Origin: Candidatus Nanopelagicaceae bacterium
GTDB taxonomy: Bacteria; Actinomycetota; Actinomycetes; Nanopelagicales; Nanopelagicaceae
Assembly: GCA_044352485.1 (NCBI GenBank)
Contig: JBILDT010000001.1
Span: 1-41,527 of the forward strand
Reading direction: 5' to 3'
DNA: 41,527 nt
Positions 1 to 10,442 of the stretch are shown here, one piece after another. Each line of letters begins with the position of its first letter. Position 1 is the first letter of the stretch. Position numbers and translations under genes: made by a program. The notes under the pieces were generated by a model. That model was given only the letters and a program-made list of their open reading frames with translations. It did not search any database and had not been told where the DNA came from.

Positions 1-220
1 CAATAAGAGCAACTGGTTCACCAGTTATTTCTTCAACTGTTATTTCTGCAACACTTGCATAATTAATGGTCTTGGTTAAGTCATCACTCTCCCCAGCCGG
101 AGCTAAATCAAAGATAAGTTTTAAATCGACTACAAAGTTCTGGCCATTTTTGCGTTCTTCCGGAAACACACCGTGATAACCAATTGCTGAAATACCAGTG
201 ATATTAATTTGATCGCTCAT
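1..220 (-). CDS. folB: Dihydroneopterin aldolase (3' end runs off the window)
   Basis: Not in the ORF track. Manual translation from ATG 220 gives MSDQINITGISAIGYHGVFPEERKNGQNFVVDL...DDLTKTINYA, with the FolB YHGV..EER..GQ.F.VD and T.NY motifs. ATGA overlap with the folP stop. Confidence 0.93.
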   Translation of the reverse strand, partial: MSDQINITGISAIGYHGVFPEERKNGQNFVVDLKLIFDLAPAGESDDLTKTINYASVAEITVEEITGEPVALI

Positions 221-1029
221 TTACGCATCTCCTCGACAACTGCAATTGCATCTCGATGTGGCTTAACCGAATGCGTCCGAACTCCCCAAACTCCGGCTTT
301 AGCCAAGTAAGTTGTAATTGCAATAGACGCTGGCTCTCGATCATCGGCAACTTCTGCGCTGAGTAAATCTCCAAGAAAACGCTTTCGTGATGCTCCAACC
401 AATAATGGGAAACCTAAGAGATTTAACCGATCGATGTTCTTTAGTAGTTCCCAATTATGCGCTGAAGATTTAGCAAAACCAATTCCAGGATCCAGAATAA
501 TTTGTTCTGGTAAAACTCCGGACTTTGTTAATGCAATAACTCGATCATCGAGTTCATCTTTAACTTCACTAACTACATTCTTATATTCGGCCGCTTTCTG
601 CATATCCTTCGAATGACCACGCCAGTGCATCACAACATATTGAACATTGGGATTGCTTGCGATTAGTGCTGCCATTTTTGGATCAGCCAGGCCACCGCTT
701 ACATCATTAACAATTGTTGCACCTGCACCGATTGCAGCTTGTGCGATATTTGCTCTCGTAGTGTCAATGCTAAGCGTTACTCCATCTTTAGCAAGTTCGG
801 CAAGTTCGGTAATTACTGGAATAACACGATCTCGTTCGGTTTCTTCAGTTACTCGATCGGCACCTGGTCTAGTTGATTCGCCACCAACATCAATTATGTC
901 TACACCTTCAGAAATCATCTCTTTCGCACGATTGATTGCTGCTTCAAAATCAAAGTGTCGACCGCCATCTGCAAAAGAATCCGGGGTTACATTAAGAATC
1001 CCCATCACGAGAGTGCGTTCTGAATTCAT
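217..1029 (-). CDS. folP: Dihydropteroate synthase
   Basis: GILNVTPDSFADGG, GGESTRPG, DPGIGF, GASRKRF and RTH motifs; fol operon context. Confidence 0.97.
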   Translation of the reverse strand: MNSERTLVMGILNVTPDSFADGGRHFDFEAAINRAKEMISEGVDIIDVGGESTRPGADRVTEETERDRVIPVITELAELAKDGVTLSIDTTRANIAQAAIGAGATIVNDVSGGLADPKMAALIASNPNVQYVVMHWRGHSKDMQKAAEYKNVVSEVKDELDDRVIALTKSGVLPEQIILDPGIGFAKSSAHNWELLKNIDRLNLLGFPLLVGASRKRFLGDLLSAEVADDREPASIAITTYLAKAGVWGVRTHSVKPHRDAIAVVEEMRK

Positions 1030-1030
1030 G

Positions 1031-1654
1031 TTATCGATTTTTTGAAGTTATCAGGCTCATAGCTTCAGCACGAGTTGCTGGATCTCGTAATTGTCCCCGG
1101 ACTGCACTCGTAATAGTTTTCGCTTCAGATTTGCGCACTCCACGCATCGACATGCATAAATGTTCGCAATCAATCACAACGATAACGCCGGCGGGATTTA
1201 ATACTTCGACCATAGCATCAGCTATTTGTGAGGTTAGACGTTCTTGAACTTGTGGTCGCTTGGCATAAACATCCACAAGTCTTGCTAATTTTGAAAGGCC
1301 AGTTATCTGCCCACGTTCGCCTGGAATATAACCAATGTGGGCAACTCCGTGAAAGGGAGTCAGGTGGTGTTCGCAGTGTGAAAAAACTTCGATATCTCGA
1401 ACGATTACAAGTTCGCGATGGCCGATATCAAATGTTGTTGATAAGACTTCTTCCGGTGTCTGCCAAAGGCCCGCAAAGTTCTCTTTAAATGCGCGCGCAA
1501 CCCGACCAGGGGTATCACGTAAACCTTCGCGATTAGGGTCTTCGCCAATTGCAATAAGTAATTCCGTGACAGCCTTTTCAGCACGTTTATGATCAAACTC
1601 GCCTTTGGCACCACCATCGTGTGGTCCCATCGAAACCGGAGTTATGTCACTCAC
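1031..1654 (-). CDS. folE: GTP cyclohydrolase I
   Basis: [14 protein letters not shown] and HLCM Zn ligands, [16 protein letters not shown]. Confidence 0.97.
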   Translation of the reverse strand: MSDITPVSMGPHDGGAKGEFDHKRAEKAVTELLIAIGEDPNREGLRDTPGRVARAFKENFAGLWQTPEEVLSTTFDIGHRELVIVRDIEVFSHCEHHLTPFHGVAHIGYIPGERGQITGLSKLARLVDVYAKRPQVQERLTSQIADAMVEVLNPAGVIVVIDCEHLCMSMRGVRKSEAKTITSAVRGQLRDPATRAEAMSLITSKNR

Positions 1655-3695
1655 TTGGTGGAGTTACTTTCTTTCTGGGCTTGCGAACCGGTGCCACTTC
1701 TTCTTCAACCACTGGTGTTTGTGGTTTTGCAGGTGAAAGTGCAACGGGCGGTTGAGTGCTTGGCTTGCGGGACTCTGAACCTGTCCATGCTGGCCGCTTT
1801 GAAACTAATCTAACCTTCTTAAAAATCATCTCGATCTCATCTTTAAGAAGTGTCTCTTTTTCAAGAAGAACTTCTACTAAATCATCGAGAATATCGCGGT
1901 TAGCAACAAGAATTTCATAAGCTTCTTGATGCGCATTTTCAATCAAGTTTCGGATTTCTCCATCAACAATGCCTGCAATTTCCTCTGAATAATCTCTCTG
2001 GTGTCCGTAGCTGCGCCCAAGGAATGGTTCACCTTCACTTGCGCCAAGTTTGATTGCACCGATTTTTTCAGTCATTCCATATTGCGTGACCATTGCACGA
2101 GCCAGATTTGTGGCCTTCTCAATATCATTTGAGGCACCAGTGGTTGGATCATGAAAAATTAACTCTTCTGCTGCGCGGCCACCTAATGAATAGGCAAGTT
2201 GATCGAGCATTTGATTTCGTGTTGTTGCATAACGATCTTCATCAGGCAGGATCATTGTGTAACCAAGCGCGCGACCGCGAGGCATAATCGTAATTTTATG
2301 AACCGGATCAGTATGTGGAAGTGCATGCGCAACAAGCGCATGGCCACCCTCGTGATAAGCGGTAATGCGGCGCTCTTCTTCGGTCATCAATCTGGTCTTG
2401 CGTTGTGGTCCAGCCATAACTCGATCGATAGCTTCATCAAGGGCAGCAGTTGTGATTACCTTTGCATTCTCGCGTGCTGTAAGCAGAGCAGCTTCGTTCA
2501 ATACATTTGCTAAATCCGCACCAGTGAATCCAGGTGTTCGTTTCGCAAAATCCTCTAAGTTAACTGATTTTGCAACCGGTTTATTCTTCGCATGCACCTC
2601 AAGAATGGCAGTGCGACCCTTTAAGTCTGGACGATCAACCGGAATCTGGCGATCAAATCTTCCTGGGCGAAGTAGCGCTGGATCCAAAACATCTGGACGG
2701 TTAGTTGCTGCAATTAAAATTACTTGGCCATTTGCTTCAAAGCCATCCATCTCAACCAACAGTTGATTTAGGGTTTGTTCACGTTCATCATGTCCGCCAC
2801 CTAAACCAGCTCCGCGTTGGCGCCCTACTGCATCTATTTCATCCACGAAAATTATTGCAGGAGCATTTGCTTTTGCTTGAGCGAAGAGATCACGAACTCG
2901 AGAAGCACCAACACCAACAAACATTTCAACAAAATCAGATCCTGAAATTGAATAGAACGGCACGTTTGCTTCGCCAGCAACTGCTCGCGCCAATAGTGTT
3001 TTACCGGTTCCTGGCGGACCATAAAGCAGAACACCTTTAGGAATTTTTGCACCAATATCTTGATACTTCTGTGGCGCTGCTAAGAAGTCTTTTATTTCAG
3101 TAAGTTCTGCAACTGCCTCATCTGCACCTGCAACATCATCGAAGGTATTTTTTGGCATCTCTTTTGTCTGAAGTTTTGCCTTGGATTTACCAAATGAGAA
3201 GACCCGGTTTCCGCCTTGAGCATTTGCCATAAAGAGAAGAAGTAAGAAACCAATTAACAGAAGCGGAATGAGGCTTAAGAATAAAGATGCCAAAAATGAT
3301 TGAGTTGGAACCTTTACATCCCAATTGTTTGGCGGTGGATTGCTGGTCAGCAATTCAATAATCTGTGGTTCTTCACCTGCAACATAAGAGGCATAGATTT
3401 TCTTTGAACCTTTAACAAAATTTCCAGGTTTTAAAACAACTTCAATTTTCTGATCTCGGTCGATAACAAGGACAGAATCAACTTTATTTGCCGAAATAGC
3501 TGCGAGAATTGTTGAGGTTTCTACCTTAGTAAATTTGTCACCACTTGATGAAAGTCTTCCAAAAAAGCTAACCAGAATGAGTGCAAGAATTATCCAGAAA
3601 AGTGGACCGCGAAGGATTTTTCGAGCACGCGCTTTGGTGAAAGTTATCTTTCTCTTGCTTGTTGGCTTAGCCTTCTTCGAATTCTTCTCGGTCAT
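1647..3695 (-). CDS. ftsH: ATP-dependent zinc metalloprotease FtsH
   Basis: Two N-terminal TM segments, Walker A GPPGTGKT, Walker [37 protein letters not shown] zinc motif. Confidence 0.98.
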   Translation of the reverse strand: MTEKNSKKAKPTSKRKITFTKARARKILRGPLFWIILALILVSFFGRLSSSGDKFTKVETSTILAAISANKVDSVLVIDRDQKIEVVLKPGNFVKGSKKIYASYVAGEEPQIIELLTSNPPPNNWDVKVPTQSFLASLFLSLIPLLLIGFLLLLFMANAQGGNRVFSFGKSKAKLQTKEMPKNTFDDVAGADEAVAELTEIKDFLAAPQKYQDIGAKIPKGVLLYGPPGTGKTLLARAVAGEANVPFYSISGSDFVEMFVGVGASRVRDLFAQAKANAPAIIFVDEIDAVGRQRGAGLGGGHDEREQTLNQLLVEMDGFEANGQVILIAATNRPDVLDPALLRPGRFDRQIPVDRPDLKGRTAILEVHAKNKPVAKSVNLEDFAKRTPGFTGADLANVLNEAALLTARENAKVITTAALDEAIDRVMAGPQRKTRLMTEEERRITAYHEGGHALVAHALPHTDPVHKITIMPRGRALGYTMILPDEDRYATTRNQMLDQLAYSLGGRAAEELIFHDPTTGASNDIEKATNLARAMVTQYGMTEKIGAIKLGASEGEPFLGRSYGHQRDYSEEIAGIVDGEIRNLIENAHQEAYEILVANRDILDDLVEVLLEKETLLKDEIEMIFKKVRLVSKRPAWTGSESRKPSTQPPVALSPAKPQTPVVEEEVAPVRKPRKKVTPPSE

Positions 3696-4243
3696 GAATA
3701 CATATGCTTTGCTAGAACGCCGATGAAATCTAGATTTCGATATTTTTCATTGAAGTCGAGACCATAACCAACGACAAACTCTGTAGGGATATCAAAGCCA
3801 ACATATTTGACATCAACCTCAACTTTTGCGGCTTCAGGTTTACGTAACATAGTTAGAATCTCAACGCTCTTAGCGCCGCGAGATTCAAGATTTGCCTTCA
3901 GCCAACCTAGTGTTAAACCGGTATCAACAATGTCTTCGACAATTATTACTTCTCGCCCCGAAATATCTCGATCTAAGTCTTTAAGAATTCTGACTACGCC
4001 ACTTGATTTGGTTCCAGAACCATATGACGAAACAGCCATCCAATCCATCTCAATGTGCCGTTGTAGTGATCTTGCGAAATCAGCCATCGTCATAACCGCG
4101 CCCTTGAGCACACCAATCAAAAGTAAATCTCTACCTTCGTAATCTTTTTCAACCTGTTTTGCTAATTCAAGAAGGCGGAGTCGAATTTGTTCTTCGGTAA
4201 CAATTACGCGATCAATGTCTGTGCCAGTTGTTGCTAGATCCAC
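3692..4243 (-). CDS. hpt: Hypoxanthine phosphoribosyltransferase
   Basis: VLKGA, SSYGSGT, PRPP-binding [21 protein letters not shown]; tilS-hpt-ftsH synteny. Confidence 0.97.
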   Translation of the reverse strand: MDLATTGTDIDRVIVTEEQIRLRLLELAKQVEKDYEGRDLLLIGVLKGAVMTMADFARSLQRHIEMDWMAVSSYGSGTKSSGVVRILKDLDRDISGREVIIVEDIVDTGLTLGWLKANLESRGAKSVEILTMLRKPEAAKVEVDVKYVGFDIPTEFVVGYGLDFNEKYRNLDFIGVLAKHMYS

Positions 4244-4258
4244 GAGGAGATTCTCTTT

Positions 4259-5248
4259 CTACTTTTCAGGCTGGTTAGGTTGTGGTTTCGAGAGCGAAAG
4301 TCTGCCCGAAATTCGACAAACCTTCACACCACCTGGAAGGGAAGTGTGGCCCTGGCCACGCCAATCACTCACAAGAGCTTCAATTGGCTCTAAATGTGCG
4401 GCGCTGATACTTCCCGAAGGCGCTCCTGCGGCATAAATCGCCAGCCTTAATACTCGACTCCTAACCGCAACTGGAAGGTCAGCAAGGGTTGAGATCTCGA
4501 TATCAAGTGGATCCACTTGGCGAAAAACACCCTCGGCCCACCCATCAAGTGCCATGGCATCTTCGCGCAATATCTTTGCCGACCTGGCTAGCGCATCAGT
4601 AATTCCTGGACCAATTTCATTTTCTAATATCGGCAGAATATTTTCGCGCACCCGAACTCTTGTAAAGTCTTGATTTGAATTGTGTGGATCATTCCAAAAC
4701 TCGATATTGGCTTCAAGGCATGCAATCTCTGTGGTTGCACGATCAATTTGAAGTAATGGTCTAAGAAAAATTCCTGAAATTTCTTGCATGCCAGATAATG
4801 ATTTTGTCCCAGATCCACGAGCTAGGCCCAAGAGCACGCCTTCGGCCTGATCATTCTTAGTATGGCCCAATAAGAAATACTTTGGATTGTAGGTTTCAAT
4901 CGCTTGCTGGAAAACTTTGTAGCGTGCACGACGCGCAGATGCTTCTAGTCCATCAGTAATTTGAACACTTGCTTTACCAACAAAAATATCCTGGTATCCA
5001 AGTTTTTCCAATTGCTGTTTTGCAAATTGCGCAATCTCAGCAGAGTTTTTCTGTAAACCATGATTAACGATTACGGCTGCTAAATCAATTGGAAAATTAC
5101 TCGCTTCTAGTTTTGATGCAGCTGCTAGGGCAAGTGAATCTGCACCACCTGAGACTCCGATACATACTTTCGAATTTGGCTCTAATTTTTCAAACCAGAT
5201 CCGAACGGCTTTACGTAGCTCTAGTAATGCCGGGGTTTTAGTGCTCAC
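4259..5248 (-). CDS. tilS: tRNA(Ile)-lysidine synthase
   Basis: PP-loop SGGADS, EASARRARY, GHTKNDQAE, RPLL. Start moved to in-frame GTG 5248, which lies 7 nt after a TAGAGT -10 hexamer. Confidence 0.95.
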   Translation of the reverse strand: MSTKTPALLELRKAVRIWFEKLEPNSKVCIGVSGGADSLALAAASKLEASNFPIDLAAVIVNHGLQKNSAEIAQFAKQQLEKLGYQDIFVGKASVQITDGLEASARRARYKVFQQAIETYNPKYFLLGHTKNDQAEGVLLGLARGSGTKSLSGMQEISGIFLRPLLQIDRATTEIACLEANIEFWNDPHNSNQDFTRVRVRENILPILENEIGPGITDALARSAKILREDAMALDGWAEGVFRQVDPLDIEISTLADLPVAVRSRVLRLAIYAAGAPSGSISAAHLEPIEALVSDWRGQGHTSLPGGVKVCRISGRLSLSKPQPNQPEK

Positions 5249-5269
5249 ATGGAGCACTCTATAAAACTA

Positions 5270-6544
5270 TTAGACCCGGCCGCCAGATGGCATTAAGCCC
5301 TTGATGCTGTACATATTTGAGTAAATAAGACCAACTTTTGTGGAATTCGCTTCCCACATCATGCCATTTCCCGCATAAATAGTTATGTGGTGGATATTTT
5401 GGACTGAGCCATCATAAGAATAAAAGAGAAGATCTCCCGGAACTAATTCATTAAACGATACGCGCTTTGTCGCCACGAAATAAAGTGCGGCATTTAATCG
5501 ACCCCAGGTTGGCCAGCCCAATCCTGCTGATTTGTATGCTGCATAAACTAATCCTGAACAGTCAAAGGAATTTGGACCTTGCGCTCCCCACACATATGGT
5601 TTTTTAGGATTACGATCTAAAACTTGTTTCTTTGCATATGCGACTGCCTTGGTTCTTATTTCTTCAGTGGAACGAATTGTGGTTCGTCCAGTAAAGCCCT
5701 TATTTGGCCAGACTTTAAATTGGTTTGGAGTTTTTGTTGCTGTGTTTGCATTCGATTCTTCAAGGAGTGCAAGTTGTCGTTGTTGTTCAAGGGTTACTCT
5801 AAAAGTCTTAGCCTTTGCGAGTTCAGCCGCTAATTTTCTTTGAACAGCGCGAAGTTTATCTACTTCTTTCTGTTGGGCTGCTTTGGCATCATCCGCAACT
5901 TTCTTAGTTTCTGCAACTTTTACGGTCGCAGCCTCTTGCGCTGCTTTAGTTCGATCAGCTTCTAATTTTGCAATCTTTGCTGCACTTTCTGCAGCCTTGA
6001 ATCGCTTCAGTGCAACGGTGTTTGTGTTTCCAATATTGTCAAGAGTAGTTAATTGATCGATTAAATCTTGTGGGCCATTTGCACTGAGTAGTGCATCTAT
6101 ATTTGTAAGGTCGCCACCAAGTTTGTAAGCATTGGAAGCCATTTTTCCAATTACGGCATTTGTTTTACTAACTTCGGCCTGGGTTTTTAAGGCGTGAACA
6201 GCTGCGGCATCAGCATTAGCCTTCGCGACATTTAGCTCTGCAATTGCTTTGTTATAAGCAACCTGTGCGGTGTTTGCAATCGCGGTCAATTGATTCAAAG
6301 TTTTTGTTGCGCTACTCAATACTGCGGCTGCCTTGTTAGCAGCGGCCGCTTTTTCTGCTTCCGCCTTCTTGGCTGCATCTATCTGGGCCTTAGTTGGCTT
6401 GGGCGGCTTTGTTGGAGTGGCGGGCTTAGGAGTGGCAGGAGGATTTGAGATTGCTAAATCTGCGGTAAAAACTGAGAAGCCGATTGAAAGCGCTAAGAGT
6501 GCGCCCACCGATTTACGTGACTTACTCGCTTTACCAAAAACCAT
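5270..6544 (-). CDS. RipA-like peptidoglycan endopeptidase (coiled coil + NlpC/P60)
   Basis: N-terminal hydrophobic signal, Pro/Lys-rich linker, long Ala/Lys/Glu coiled coil, C-terminal PYVWGAQGPNSFDCSGL...GDLLFY...HHITIYAGNGMMWEA (Cys-His-Glu triad). Confidence 0.9.
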   Translation of the reverse strand: MVFGKASKSRKSVGALLALSIGFSVFTADLAISNPPATPKPATPTKPPKPTKAQIDAAKKAEAEKAAAANKAAAVLSSATKTLNQLTAIANTAQVAYNKAIAELNVAKANADAAAVHALKTQAEVSKTNAVIGKMASNAYKLGGDLTNIDALLSANGPQDLIDQLTTLDNIGNTNTVALKRFKAAESAAKIAKLEADRTKAAQEAATVKVAETKKVADDAKAAQQKEVDKLRAVQRKLAAELAKAKTFRVTLEQQRQLALLEESNANTATKTPNQFKVWPNKGFTGRTTIRSTEEIRTKAVAYAKKQVLDRNPKKPYVWGAQGPNSFDCSGLVYAAYKSAGLGWPTWGRLNAALYFVATKRVSFNELVPGDLLFYSYDGSVQNIHHITIYAGNGMMWEANSTKVGLIYSNMYSIKGLMPSGGRV

Positions 6545-6626
6545 TTTTCATTGCCCCCAGGGAAGTTATATGTTCCAAGGGTAAAGGGCTTGCCTGAGAA
6601 ATGTCGGAAACTAATCCCTTGTGTCG

Positions 6627-7418
6627 CTAATTAGCAACATCTCGTCGCTTAAACAAAATCGCCGCAAGGCAGCCACTAACGATTAGATATAACGCAGAAA
6701 TCGCCAATGAATGTTTATAACTTAAATCTAAACTTCCACCACCACCGATGTTCTGGAAGTTGGCACCTGGCAACCATTTAGCAGTGCTTTTAATCAAAGC
6801 TCCCAGAATATTCTCAAGGATTAAACTCCAAAGAACTCCGACAGCAATTGCGCTGATTGGAGATCTCAGAAGAAGACCAAGAATCATTCCAAGTGCACCA
6901 AAACAGAGAGTTGAAATAAAAATATTCAAAGTATTTTCAAATAGAAGCTGCATTGCGCCAGAAGAGCTCCATGAAGAGGTATCCACTTTTGCTCGTCCCG
7001 CCAATGCGAAGGAAATAGCAACACTTAGCGCACCAGCAAAAAGAACCATTACTAGCGCAAATATTTTCATCGCAATAAATTTTCCAGCCAATAATTTCAT
7101 GCGTGAAGGTTGGCGAACAAGAAGATTACGCAGAGTCCCAAGAGAATATTCTTGTGCGGTCTGTGAGGCAAAGATGCAGAGTGCGACAATACCTAGAAAG
7201 ACACCTACTAATTTAAAGCCATAAACAAGCCCCATTGAATTACTCAATTCGGCTGCGCTTATTCTTTCGCCTCGCTCGCCGTTTCCATTTTCAGAATCAA
7301 TCATCAAGAAGATAATCGAGGTGAAGAGCGCACTTAAGCCACCAACTGTGGCAATAGTTCCCAGCAGAAGTGTTGGGCGGCGAAGCTTGCGCAATTCTGC
7401 GATGACTACGCGAATCAT
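6627..7418 (-). CDS. ABC-2-type permease (BcrB/LanE-like)
   Basis: About 6 TM segments, AELRKL N-terminus, EYSLGTLRNLLVRQPSR..LLAGK, C-terminal FKRRDV; 4-nt overlap with the ATPase gene. Confidence 0.85.
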   Translation of the reverse strand: MIRVVIAELRKLRRPTLLLGTIATVGGLSALFTSIIFLMIDSENGNGERGERISAAELSNSMGLVYGFKLVGVFLGIVALCIFASQTAQEYSLGTLRNLLVRQPSRMKLLAGKFIAMKIFALVMVLFAGALSVAISFALAGRAKVDTSSWSSSGAMQLLFENTLNIFISTLCFGALGMILGLLLRSPISAIAVGVLWSLILENILGALIKSTAKWLPGANFQNIGGGGSLDLSYKHSLAISALYLIVSGCLAAILFKRRDVAN

Positions 7419-8323
7419 TTGTTATCCCCTGTCATCTCAAAAAACGTCTCTTCGAGCGTAGGAAGGACTACCGAAATTGAGGCCAGTGTTATTCCGGATT
7501 CAAATGCCAACCGATTTATCGTTGCACTTGCTTCTTGTGCTGCATCAATTTGTAAACTGCCATCGACTATCGAAACGCTAAATCCTGAATCTCCAAGTGT
7601 TTTTGCAAGATTGGTTAAATCAACGTCATATTCTGGCTTAGCAATAATCATTGGTTTTTGGCCAGAAAGTAACTCTTGAGTCCGGCCAGAGAAAATAACT
7701 TTTCCTTCGCGCAACATCACCAAGTATTCACAGATGACTTCAAGTTCGCTAAGGATGTGGGATGAGACGAAAACTGTTGTTCCACTATCTGCTAAATCCC
7801 TAATGATTCCACGGACTTCTTGAATTCCAGATGGATCTAAGCCGTTTGTGGGTTCATCCAAAATTAATAGATTTGGATTTGGAAGTAGCGCAGCAGCTAT
7901 ACCAAGACGTTGCTTCATCCCCAATGAGTAAGTTTTAAACTTTGACCCGCCGCGATCGGCTAAATCAACTTTCTCTAATAATTGATCGACTCGAGATAGT
8001 GGGAATCCACCAAGTTCGGCTAATACTTTTAAATTTTCGCGACCAGAAAGTGCTGGATAAAACGCTGGTCCTTCAATCATTGCGCCCACCTGGGGTAGAT
8101 ATTTTTCAGGGTGCGAAATACTTTCACCTAATACAGTTGCGGTTCCACCAGATGGCGTAATTAATCCCAAAAGCATTCGAATAGTTGTCGTTTTACCTGA
8201 ACCATTTGGCCCAACAAATCCACAGATTGAACCTTCTGGGACTACAAAGTTTCCATGAGATAACGCAGCTCGTTCGCCATAAATCTTCGTTAAATCCGTG
8301 GCTGATATCGCGACTTTTTCCAT
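7415..8323 (-). CDS. ABC transporter ATP-binding protein (BcrA/LanF-like)
   Basis: GPNGSGKTT, YSLGMKQRLG signature, LDEPTNGLD, SSH; Glu in the Q-loop position (AMIEGP). Confidence 0.92.
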   Translation of the reverse strand: MEKVAISATDLTKIYGERAALSHGNFVVPEGSICGFVGPNGSGKTTTIRMLLGLITPSGGTATVLGESISHPEKYLPQVGAMIEGPAFYPALSGRENLKVLAELGGFPLSRVDQLLEKVDLADRGGSKFKTYSLGMKQRLGIAAALLPNPNLLILDEPTNGLDPSGIQEVRGIIRDLADSGTTVFVSSHILSELEVICEYLVMLREGKVIFSGRTQELLSGQKPMIIAKPEYDVDLTNLAKTLGDSGFSVSIVDGSLQIDAAQEASATINRLAFESGITLASISVVLPTLEETFFEMTGDNK

Positions 8324-8329
8324 GCCACC

Positions 8330-8346
8330 ACCCTACCCAGTAAACT
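8330..8346. promoter_or_regulatory. Back-to-back leaderless -10 elements (TAGGGT on -, TAAACT on +)
   Basis: Each TANNNT hexamer sits 6 nt before the ATG of one of the divergent genes (8323 and 8353); no SD sequence. Confidence 0.65.
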
Positions 8347-8352
8347 TTGTGC

Positions 8353-9594
8353 ATGACTCACCAGCATCGACCTTGGGGATATTCCAATTCTGCAGATGGG
8401 AATTCTGCTGATGGGAAATTGCCTGATTGGGATTTGCACGAAGAAACTCTTGCAGTTCGCGCTGGTTTAGCTAGATCTGGTTTCGGTGAAACTGGCGAAG
8501 CGATGTATTTAACAAGTGGATATACGTATGACACTGCAGAACAAGCAGTTCATTCATTTACCGATGAAGTTGATCATTTTGTATATAGTCGCTTTGCAAA
8601 CCCAACAGTTTCGATGTTCGAGCAACGCCTGGCAGCAATCGAAGGCGCGGAATTCTGTGTTGCAACGGCCTCTGGAATGTCGGCAATGTTCGCATCGATT
8701 GCGTGCATGGTGGAAACTGGAGATCGCGTTGTTGCAGCTGCTTCAATGTTCAGTTCTTGTTACGTAGTGCTCTCTGAAATTCTGCCAAAGTGGGGAATCG
8801 AAGTTGAATTTGTTAAGGGCAACGATAAGCAGGTCTGGGAGAAAGCTTTAAGTAAGAAAACTAAAGTTGTATTCATTGAGACTCCTAGTAACCCCATGCT
8901 AGAAATAGTTGATTTAAAGATGGTTAGCGATTTAGCTCATAAAGTTGGTGCCACTGTAATCGTGGACAATGTAATGGCATCGCCGATACTTCAAAAGCCA
9001 CTACAACATGGCGCAGATGTTGTTATGTACTCAGCAACAAAACATATTGATGGGCAGGGTCGGGTTCTTGGTGGTGCGATTCTTGGCAGTTTTGATTACA
9101 TTCAAAATTATTTAAATCCTTTTATTAGACACACTGGCCCAACGCTTAGCGCTTTCAATGCCTGGGTTCTTGTTAAGTCACTTGAAACTCTTTCGATGCG
9201 AGTAAATAAGATGAATGAGAGCGCCCAACAAATCGCAGAATTCTTAGCAGAACAACCAAAAATCTCCTCTGTGAATTATCCGGGTTTAAAGACTCACAGC
9301 GGATATGAAGTTGCAAAGAAACAGATGACAGGCGCTGGAACAACATTAAGTTTTGAAATTGTTGACGGACCGAAAGAGCTCTTTAAAGTTATGGATGCGC
9401 TTAAAGTAATTGATATCTCCAATAATCTGGGTGACAGCAAATCACTTATTACTCATCCAGCTTCTACTACGCATCGCAGATTAGATCAGACAACGCGAGA
9501 GTCCATGGGAATAACCGATTCACTTGCAAGATTATCTGTCGGCTTAGAACACGCCTCTGATTTGATTAAGGATTTACAACAAGCGCTGCGATAA
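8353..9594 (+). CDS. metZ: O-succinyl/acetyl-homoserine sulfhydrylase (Cys/Met PLP enzyme)
   Basis: YSRFANPT, SGMSA, FIETPSNP, PLP-lysine motif YSATKHIDGQGRVLGG, NNLGDSKSLITHPASTTH typical of MetZ. Confidence 0.88.
   Translation: MTHQHRPWGYSNSADGNSADGKLPDWDLHEETLAVRAGLARSGFGETGEAMYLTSGYTYDTAEQAVHSFTDEVDHFVYSRFANPTVSMFEQRLAAIEGAEFCVATASGMSAMFASIACMVETGDRVVAAASMFSSCYVVLSEILPKWGIEVEFVKGNDKQVWEKALSKKTKVVFIETPSNPMLEIVDLKMVSDLAHKVGATVIVDNVMASPILQKPLQHGADVVMYSATKHIDGQGRVLGGAILGSFDYIQNYLNPFIRHTGPTLSAFNAWVLVKSLETLSMRVNKMNESAQQIAEFLAEQPKISSVNYPGLKTHSGYEVAKKQMTGAGTTLSFEIVDGPKELFKVMDALKVIDISNNLGDSKSLITHPASTTHRRLDQTTRESMGITDSLARLSVGLEHASDLIKDLQQALR
8386..8415 (+). repeat. 15-bp tandem duplication in the metZ 5' region
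   Basis: AATTCTGCAGATGGG followed by AATTCTGCTGATGGG (1 mismatch), encoding NSADG twice; a degenerate third copy follows. Confidence 0.8.
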
Positions 9595-10438
9595 CAAGCA
9601 GAAGTGAGAAGACGCTTAAGTAAGTAATTGACCATTGGAACAATCTTGCAGCAGCCTTATTTGAATCAGGGCCGTTAATCTTTAATAATTCAAGCCCAAA
9701 GCCGAGAGCTATTGCAATAGTAATAACCCAGCACCACCACGGAAGACCTGCACTCCAATTAACCCCAAGCGAAGTTATGAACATTCCAATTGTGTGAAAC
9801 CACATCTGTTTTTCAACCGATTTTATGGTTGCGACTACTGGCAACATTGGAATTCCTGCTGCCGCATAATCATCCTTGTATTTAATTGCCAGCGCCCAGA
9901 AGTGTGGTGGGGTCCAGAAGAAAATTACCAAAAAGAAAAGCCAGGCAGTTAACGAAAGTGAATTTGTTACCGCAGCCCAACCAATTAGAACTGGCATGCA
10001 TCCTGCGATGCCGCCCCAAACTATGTTCTGCGATGTGCGACGTTTCAGCCCAATCGTATAACCGAAGACATAGAAAATAATTGCAGCAGCAGTCAAAACT
10101 GTTGCCCAGAGGGTTGTAAAAATAGAGAATATTAGGAGCGAAATAATAGTTAAAGCTGATGCAAAGATGAATGCCTGAGTTTCACTTACAGCGCCGCTAA
10201 CGATTGGACGTTTAGCAGTGCGCTCCATTAATCGATCTGAATCGACTTCAATAATCATATTAAATGCATTAGATGCACCAGCGGCAAGTGTTCCACCAAT
10301 TAGTGTTGCAATGGTCAGCCCAAGTGGAGGGACGCCTTTAGCGGCAAGAAAAAGTGCAGGCAATGTAGTAACCAGAAGTAATTCCACGACTCGCAATTTC
10401 ATCAGAGCGATATATGGTGAGATTTTTAGATTACGCAC
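9566..10438 (-). CDS. ctaB: Protoheme IX farnesyltransferase (heme O synthase)
   Basis: UbiA family; N...E.D.D..M.RT..RP, LKRRTSQNIVWGG, FFWTPPHFWAL, DY.AAGIPMLP. Confidence 0.95.
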   Translation of the reverse strand: MRNLKISPYIALMKLRVVELLLVTTLPALFLAAKGVPPLGLTIATLIGGTLAAGASNAFNMIIEVDSDRLMERTAKRPIVSGAVSETQAFIFASALTIISLLIFSIFTTLWATVLTAAAIIFYVFGYTIGLKRRTSQNIVWGGIAGCMPVLIGWAAVTNSLSLTAWLFFLVIFFWTPPHFWALAIKYKDDYAAAGIPMLPVVATIKSVEKQMWFHTIGMFITSLGVNWSAGLPWWCWVITIAIALGFGLELLKINGPDSNKAAARLFQWSITYLSVFSLLLVIAALVVNP

Positions 10439-10442
10439 GGAC

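Noticed and set aside
6380-6445. Repetitive PATPKPATPTKPPKPTK segment
   Set aside because: Ordinary low-complexity linker of a cell-wall hydrolase; not an exact DNA repeat.
6545-6626. Possible c-di-AMP (ydaO) riboswitch upstream of the NlpC/P60 gene
   Set aside because: The spacer is only about 80 nt, includes a TACCCT -10-like element, and shows no recognisable ydaO motifs.
8324-8352. SAM riboswitch upstream of metZ
   Set aside because: There is no room; the gene appears leaderless.
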